DNA of 64,000 nt from Amoebophrya sp. A120 (taxonomy: Eukaryota; Protista; Dinoflagellata): assembly GCA_905178155.1 (NCBI GenBank), contig CAJINV010000003.1, positions 2,313,065-2,377,064 on the forward strand. The letters run 5' to 3'. Positions 55,918 to 64,000 of the stretch are shown one piece after another. Under the pieces are notes generated by a model. That model was not told the DNA's origin. It saw only the letters and a program-made list of their open reading frames with translations, and made no database searches. Every line of letters begins with the position of its first letter. Positions within the stretch are counted from its first letter, which is position 1. The position numbers were made by a program, and so were the translations under genes.

Positions 55918-58768
55918 ATGCCAGAGAAGACAAAGTCTCCCCCGGAGACGAAGAACAGTCTCGATGGCGTCGTGGAGGCCACAGGCGGGTTGGATGACCC
56001 CGGCCTGTCAGCTGCACTGTCGGGAAACCTGAAAGAGACGCCGCGAACGAAAGAGGCCCTGAAAAGATGCGGGGTGCTGATGAGCGAGCTGAAAATCAAG
56101 TCCTTTCAGGATTTTCACCGGCCAACGGTAGGAATGCTTGGTTTTCAAGTTTTACGTAGTGTTTCTTGGGCTCGCGAAGACAGTGTGTTTCGTGTCAAGC
56201 CCATCATTCAGATGTGGCATTTCTATGTAGCGATGAACTTCTTTTTGGGAAAGCAAAAAATACAATTATCAAACGTACTTCACAGGACACCATCGAGAAG
56301 CAGCGCCTTCGATACAACCACTACGAAACGAGAAGGCAGGCCAAGCTCAGTCTCGTCCTACAGGAAAGGGCAAAGGTGTTTTTTTTGCTGGTTCTAATTA
56401 CATGCGTAGCTAGTAGTCTCTGCCTCGGAAGAATGACTCACGCGCGAGTCTTGTGAAAAACTCGAAGCACTTTTGTCACAAATTGAAACTTACTATGAGG
56501 TCTTCGTCGAAATGACGAAAAAGCAGACGGAAGGGAACTCAAACGTAAAGAGTTATCAGGGTATGCACATGCTGGAGCAGTTGCTTGACGCCGAAGCCGG
56601 GCGATTGGAGGGCGAACTGAAGCAGCAGCTCAGGTTTTTTTTTGAGTTTGTTTCCGCTCCTTTGCGTGGTTGTAGAGTAGATTCCGAAGAATGAATGTTG
56701 AGAGCCATTTTCGGATGTGGTAAAAAAGCAGAAACACCATCTCCCCCTTCCAACCAGGTATCATACCGTGGTAGAAAATGAGAACAAGGAGCAACTTGAA
56801 AAGGAGCAAGCTTTGCGAGAAAAGCAGAAAAAACGAACAGAAAAGAGCAACCTTGTGAAGGAAGAGAAGGCCGCCCGAGTAAAGCAGAATGCAGTGGGTA
56901 ACGACGCCAAATTGGAGCACTCGAGAAAGATATTAAAAGACATCAAGGTAGGTCTACTTTCGTTTTTCTTTGTTTCGGGGATTGCTAGCTGGTTCCCGGA
57001 ACAACGCCGTCTGGGCTAGACTAGATCCAACGAAAGGAAAAGTCAAAAAACCTACATCAAAACAGCAAAACCACGAGGCCAAATGTGCGAATTTCCTGTC
57101 GCACGTGCTAGAGACGGAAGTCAGAATACGGGAGTTTCGGGCGTCGCAGAGCGGGAGAAATTTCGAGAAGAGCGAGGCATGGAAGGGCAAGGTCGCGAAC
57201 ATACAAAAGAACTTCGAAACCATCCAAGAAGAGCGCATGATCCATGGGCTCAAGCAACTGAAGAAAAAGGAAGCGAAGTTCGCCCTGAATGACGTACTCC
57301 TTTAAGTTGTCGTGCTGCTTCCACTGCTGATGTTGTAGTTTCACTCTCGTTGTCGGACGCTTCCTTGTACGTCTTTGCAAGTAGTTTTTTTTTGATGCCT
57401 TTCAAAGAATACGATTGTCGCGTTTTTTAAGAAATTGTCGTGATAAAGTATTTATTTGATACGTTATTTGATAGTCAATTGCAATTCAACATAACAGGAA
57501 AAGAAGAAGCGGGAGGTGGCCGCGAACGAAGTCCGAAACGCCGAGAAGCAGCTGCGAGTCATAGATGTGCTGGACAAAAAGCACCGAATAGACCGACAGA
57601 TCGAGGCGCGCAATGATCGGGTATGAGGACAGCACCTGTAGTTTTTTCATGATAAAGGATGAAGTATGATCATTTATTTCCAGGAAAAGGTATGTTACTA
57701 TGCGAAGCGATAAAGTTTTTAGCTTATAAAAAAAACAAAAAAATTCCTAGATGCGGGAGGAAGCGACTCACGCGCACAGCAGGATAACGACGCTTTTGAA
57801 TCTTAAGGACCAGATCGTGAAGCAGAGAAAAGCCCGTATCTTCCAGCAGAGCGCACTCAAGGGCCGCGCCTTGAACATCAAAAACATCCCAACGGGGCCC
57901 GGGCAGTACTATTTTATCGTTAGTGCTTCTGCTACTAATGGAAATGGGAGTGCTATTAGCTTTCGACGTCGATGCACGTTCTGCAAATTCAGGATGGCAA
58001 CATCCCAGATAGGATGGCTGTGCAAAGCTAGCTCTCTGTACTTCTGGGCAGTCATGATACTTGAAATTGAAAATTGTGGCGCGACAATTGAATCGCCACC
58101 GCCTACACGACAGGTACGACATCGATCGCGACCGCGTGTTGCGTGAGCAGCCGGTCCCCCGCATGCCGCTTCCGCCCAAGAACCACGAGGGTGGCAGCCT
58201 GTTGCTGAGCTCGACCGGACCTCCGCCGGGGAGCTACGACGTGCAGCTGCTGCCCGACGGGAAGCGCATCGACACGGCGGTCAACCGCACTGTGATCTTC
58301 ACGAAGGGGTCCGTGCCAAACTTTATCGAAGACAACGTACGAAAGTTCCGCGACAACCCAGGGCCGGGAACCTACAAAGTCGCGGGATCAGGTACTTACT
58401 TACTTCTACAGGGTAGTTTTACGGCGGTTCGTGTCGAAATATAGTTGGGTGCTGGAAGAAGTGCTTGATATTTTTCAACACAGCTTGGTTGTCTGGAAAA
58501 ATTTGCAGGTCACTAAAAACATGTGTAAAAAATTCGTCTTTCAGGTATCGACGAGAACGCGCCTACGGCGGTGATCCGCCCCGATATGGTCAAGGCGGAA
58601 AACAAGGGTGGCGAGCAGCTCTACGTACCCCCGGCCTGGGCCGAGGACTTTGCGAAGACGCCCGGACCGGCAGCGTATCTGACGGACAAATTTCTCCGGG
58701 ACGAGGAGTCTTCCAAGCGCATGGAGACCATCCCGAATCTCGGCAAAGCCATCGCGTTGCAGAAGTAG
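55918..58768 (+). CDS. Hypothetical coiled-coil protein with C-terminal SHIPPO/PGP repeats, multi-exon
   Basis: Charged coiled-coil exons followed by TGPGQY, PPPGSYDV, NPGPGTYKV and TPGPAAY, separated by canonical-looking introns. Confidence 0.6.
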
Positions 58769-59589
58769 AAGTCAGGGACCAGGGGAGAAAAAGTCTTTGT
58801 ATCTTTCTGCTCTCGCGGGCTTTCGACGTTGTGTCGACGGTTCGTCGTCGTCGTCGTAGTTTTCGAACTCTATAGTTTTATAGCCTTGTTTCTTGATGAA
58901 TGATTATCCAAATGAACAAAAAATTTGCACAAAAGTTGTCAATCGTCTTTTACAATGAACGTCTAGTTTGCGTGCAGGGAATTTCTACCAGTGTACCAAA
59001 CTAATCGAAAGTATTGCGTTTTATGCAAAAATGTTGAACTAGTTCACCGATTTCCGTTTCAATAAATCCACACTATAATGCGAGCTGCTGCGTATCACGT
59101 TGGTATTGCAATTCATCAGTTGTTGTACGGTAAACAGTAAATCCAAATGATGGCATGAGAAAATTCTAACTCGGATGATCGTGGAAATGATAATGCGACA
59201 GACAAATAAATTGTATGCTACGTGATCTTGGCTCCGATGTACATGATGAGAAAAAGAAATGGTGCTCGCTCGGACAAGATCTGGAGCTCTGTGAAATTTT
59301 CACGAAGTGAACAAATCTTTTTTGTAGTAAAAGAAGATGTTCATCAAGAGCTACTTGGTTGAGTAAATGCAACCAGAAGAAGTGATCTTGTTTGGCAAAT
59401 AGAGCGCTGAAGCAGCAGCAGAGCGAGCGACCTTTGTGAGCATATCTTCGAAAGAACGCATCCGCCCCCGCGACAAGAATGTGCACCCACTGTAGGTAAC
59501 GACAACATGATTTACCAGTGCACTCCGGCCAGGGGAGGTTTCGGGGCTTTTGAGAAGCGGTCTCAATGCGCGGGTCTGAAGAAGCGGGA

Positions 59590-60420
59590 ACCAAGCTCCC
59601 CACTGGCTCACTGCAAGTGGGTTGTCCTGGCTGCCATGCGGCAAATGGGCGAGCAAGAAAATCACAGCGAAGCATCCACTGCTAACAACCAATCGGCAAG
59701 TGCGTTGCACCCTGCTGCCCGGCAGCAAAGGGGTCCAGAGATACGCAGGTATCGCTTTGCTCCCTGCTGCCCAGCAGCAAAGGGGGCCAGAGATCCGCAG
59801 GTCTCGCTGAGGATGATGATGATCATAGCTCCCCACTGGCTAGCTGCCAGTGGGCTGTCCCGGCTGCCATGCGGCAAATGGGCGAGCAAGAAAATTGCGA
59901 ACAAGCTCCCCACTGGCTAGCTGCAAGTGGGTTGTCCCGGCTGCTATTTGGCAAATGGGCGAGCAAGAAAATCATAGCGAAGCATCCACTGCTAACAACC
60001 AATCGGCAAGTGCGTTGCTCCCTGCTGCCCAGCAGCAAAGGGGTCCCCAACTTGCGGATGATGATGATCGCAAATCTTCCTAGCCACGCTAGGGGTAATA
60101 CTGGAAAATGCTTGTGGGGTGAACAGCAACAGGCGGGCGCTCAGGCGAGCTGAGCGAGCCCTAGGCCCACTTGCGAATGATGATGATCGCAAATCTTCGT
60201 AGCCACGCTAGGAGGAATACTGGAAAATGCTTGTGGGGTGAACAGCAACAGGCGGGCGTTCAGGCGAGCTGAACGAGCCCTAGCCCCACTTGCGGATGAT
60301 GATGATCGCAAATCTTCCTGGCCACGCTAGGAAGTGTTACAGAAGATGGCTCTGGTGGGAACAGGAGCTCGCTTTTGTGAGCCCCTGCACCAGAGCTGGA
60401 TGATGATGATCGCATAAGCG
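59590..60420. repeat. Intergenic composite repeat (three interleaved unit types)
   Basis: ~70-bp unit AGCTCCCCACTGGCT...GGCGAGCAAGAAAAT x3, ~70-bp unit GCGAAGCATCCACTG...GCAAAGGGG x2 and an ~120-bp tandem unit x2.3, punctuated by (GAT)n C. Confidence 0.85.
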
Positions 60421-61847
60421 CTTGCCGCTAGGCTCGCCGAAAAATTGAAATGAAAAAGATGCCTTCGTACCAAGAGCATCGAGGCCGTGTCGGGTCAGTC
60501 GGTTGCAGGGGCCACGTGGGGCCGGTCGGTGGCGTGGTTGAGCTCGAGCTTTCTTTTCCATCTTTGCTTTAATCCTCTTTTTCTTTAGTTTTTGTGTTGG
60601 GTTTCGGTGGGTGATGTTGGGGTTACGCTGCGGGGTGCACATATAACATCGTACTTGGCCGCCTCTGGTAGACTTTCGACACTTTTTCGGTGTGCATTAC
60701 TTTCCATAGAAAAATATGCTATCTGCATCCCTTCACAGTGTAGTAAATTGGTATTGGTGTAGTAAAAAATTGAGTAATTGTACTAGTGGTTGCATTTTGC
60801 AGTAGTTTGGATTTTCCAATTGCCAATTTGCGTAGATGATGACGGTCCCGGCGGTCCCTTGACGTAATTCCTTAGCGTTTGCCCTTTTGAGGTTATTACC
60901 TCTCTACCTCTTCCGTGTGTAGCTCTCACTTATGCCTCGTTCGTGTGTAGCTTCTTGTGTCACTGATTTTTGGTAAATAACTTGTTCTCGCACTACTTAG
61001 TTGCACCTGAATACATTCTACTATGCTGATCCTACCAAGTAGTTTATTCGAAACTTCTTCTTGCTATGTATTTAGAATTTCAAATTTACGACGTCAAGGA
61101 TAGCCGCGACCGCTAAACGAATTCGAGGGTATCGTGCGGCCTACCTTCTTTCACGAACGTCCTCGTTCTGGTGTCCGCCCCGCACGGGAGTTAGGCACAG
61201 AAGACGGAGCTGCGATTTCCGATCTCGACATCGAGCTCTTTTGCGCGAAAAGCTTCTTGGGTTCTGCGACAGTAAAGTGAGTGGTTGAAGAAGATTGCGC
61301 CGGTGTTCCGCATCGGACAGACGCGGGCGCCCTCCGCGGCCCGTTTGGCAACTACTGACGTGCGCATGTTGGTGACCCGGCTTGGAAAAACGGCCCGATA
61401 ATGCAGGGTGATGGAGCTGCGCCTGCGACTAAGGAAAACAGCAACTACGGAGTTGTCCTCACTTCGCCTTCAGACAATTGTACTACTGAAACTCGCATTC
61501 TGATTTATGTGCCGCCCACTTGACAGCTAGAGACACACGTGAAGGCGCTCCGAGGAGGTGATTGGAGCGTGTTTCGGGAGCCACTGCTGGACTTAGTTTC
61601 GTGACTGTAATTTGAGCCTATCGGTTTGTAACTACAGCGGCTTCCTTCGATATTGCAGAGGTCCACCACACACGTACGAGCAGACGGTGATATCACGAAA
61701 AAAAGAATATTGGAGTGCAGATCACTTAGCTCACACTGAAAGAACTGCAGCGGGTGATCAGGGAGCTTTGTGTCGATGTAGAGGGCTCCCCGTGCGCGGG
61801 TGTTTTTTGACCGGAGAAGAAACGGGGGCGGTAAGGCATGCCAATAG

Positions 61848-63938
61848 GTGCATCGCGATCTCGGAGATACGCTGTGCAATAGAGCTTCTACACGGCGGGC
61901 TTTCGCCGAGGCATTTGCGCCGAGGATAGAGACCGAGGTCGTCCGGGTCCGGTGCGGGGATCGGGCCGAGAAGAGCGCGGAATTGAAGCAAACTACGGCA
62001 GATCATCCGTGTTCTGGTAAGCAGGATTGTCTTGCGCTTCTATCAGACAAGATTAGAATGCCTGCGCCAGCAGCAGCAGAGCCAGCGACTCAGGGCCATG
62101 AAGACTGCATTGACGAAAGGCGAGCCGGCGCGCATGTTGGCGACGAGGGAGTATCCGACCCCACCCAGGATTGTGAATCTGGCGACACGAGTGACGAAGA
62201 TGATGTAGGGAACGAGAGCGGACGTGGTTCGCCTTCTCCGGTTTCCGAGGATCACAATGCTTCGCTTGAGGATGGCCTCGAGTCGGAGCGTCCGGAAACG
62301 TCCGAATCCGATGAGGACTCGAACGCGGACGCGGATAGCACCTCGTCAGACGACGAAGATTCCACTGACGAAGAGACCCAGGCGGACAAGGACTTTATGC
62401 GCTCGCTGCGAGTCGATGAGGAGCCAGATTTTGTACCGGATCCAGATTTGCCCGCGCTCGTCCCTGGAAATTCCACCTACAACGGACGTGTACCCGGAAG
62501 GCCGCGCACTCTTCCGGGAGCGGAAAGCGAGAAATCGCACGAGGCACAGAACGACTTGGCGGAGCTAGCAGAGGTGGAGGGCTTTTTCGATGTACCTGGG
62601 AACCCGCAGCCGGAGCATGATTTTCAGGAGGACCTGTCACCCATGACATTTATGCGAGACGCGGTGGCTGCAGGTATCTTCGATGACAAAAAGACCGTGG
62701 AGAAGATGGCGCTTGTTGTGCAGAAACTTTCGTACGAAAGTGACGTCCTCTCTTATTTGGATGAGAAGAACGGAAAGACCGAACGGGAGAACATCGCCAA
62801 GAAACTGCAATCCGTTACCCTCGAGGACCACGTTCCAGATCGCCCGTATTTCTATTGGCTCTACAAGGCTGCGCACTGTGAACAGTTGACGCGAGAAAAG
62901 ATAGTGTCGGAAATCACCAAGAACAAGCGAGCGAGGTACAAGATTCGCAGAGATAGGCGAGGGCCGGTTCACGAATGCTTCACGTACAAGCCCGTGCGGC
63001 CATTCGTGTGGCAATACAAGTTTGCCGACGGAACTGAAGTGGAACCCCCCAAGCCAGCGCCCGATGGTGGCCTGGAGGGCAGCGACGCACCGGTGGAGGG
63101 AGGGCCGGAGGTATTTCCCGTAGCTGTTTTTTTTTGCTGGCGCTTTGACATGAGTAGAGGGAGCAGGACCTGTAGCTGCCTTGTCTTTGTAGTGTACGCA
63201 AATGCTAACTTCTATTTTAGCTGGTGACTGTGCTCATTTAGATTTTCATTTTTCCGGCTGCCACGTACCACAGCTCTCAGTTCAAGCCTTTTTGTCACGG
63301 AAGGTCCTTTGGGAATCCAACCTTGAATCTGAACAAGAACAAACAAAAATTTACGGGATCAGGAATCTGTGGCTGCGGAGAGTGATTCGCTTGAACGTGA
63401 CATCGCTATCAGTGCATCGGCAGACGAGGCGAAGCTTGACGACGAAGACCAAAATCCCACCGGGCCCGAGACAGAGCAAGAAAATCCATATCCGGACGAA
63501 GTAACAGAAAGTAATCCCGAAGCGGACTTTGCAGACGAAGCAACAGAAAGCAATCCAGGCGACAAGCAAAAGAACAAAAAGGCTTCTAAACTGGAGAGTG
63601 CTGGTTCAACGAAGCCTTTGGAGTTTGCTGTTACGAAGCCACGACGGCAGCACGACCGAAGCTGGATTTTTGTGATCCCCGAAGACGATCTTGCCTACGC
63701 GTTTTTCGAAGCTGCCAAAACAGGCTCGGAGAGGACTGTGCTGAGTTTGAAAATGCGGCTTTGCCACAGAGATTTCAGAATCCACGGAGGTGTTTTATTT
63801 TTGCTGATGTATTATACTAAGACTTACAAATATTCAAATGGATGGCCTCACTGTTGGTCATGTGATCTATCCCCCCAACTCAATGGTCTGAAGCTTCGAA
63901 AGATGGCCCTGAAGTCCTCTCTCTCACTTTGTACATGA
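61848..63938 (+). CDS. Hypothetical acidic low-complexity protein (partial, boundaries uncertain)
   Basis: 459-aa and 189-aa D/E-rich ORFs separated by an intron-like AT-rich stretch (gag|gtattt at ~63111). No recognisable domain. Confidence 0.45.
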
Positions 63939-64000
63939 ATGGAAATCCAGATGCCCACCCTTTTGTCCACGCTGTTGTTTGGGTCCAGGGGGATGAACGC

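Overview
Intron-containing eukaryotic DNA from a compact protist genome. The gene set and invasive non-canonical introns point to a syndinean dinoflagellate such as Amoebophrya; this is an inference, not a database result. Host genes form two unidirectional blocks. The minus-strand block (1 to ~34 kb) holds CCT3, a multi-exon unknown gene, AP5M1, a GT34 glycosyltransferase, VPS11, a cGMP-dependent kinase and a low-complexity gene. The plus-strand block (~38-64 kb) holds a GPC1/DUF2838 acyltransferase, two SHIPPO-repeat proteins, V-ATPase c'', a VAMP7-like SNARE, a type I DnaJ and unknown genes. Two mobile systems stand out. (1) Nineteen MITE-like introners of 128-476 bp from several sequence families all sit inside coding exons. 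They end in TAT...ATA (a few ends one base off), carry inverted repeats and are flanked by 5-bp target duplications. Removing element plus one duplication restores the frame each time, with no GT-AG pair at those junctions and in either orientation, and the families share a terminal grammar. (2) An intact, recent 7.1-kb tyrosine-recombinase retrotransposon sits in a PKG intron with the layout A1-gag-pol-B1-A2-YR-B2, a TTAATT core at all three junctions, and an in-frame gag stop inside a candidate GT-AG intron. There is also an intronic array of GCGAAGC mini-hairpins and an intergenic composite repeat. All coordinates and splice joins were read by eye.
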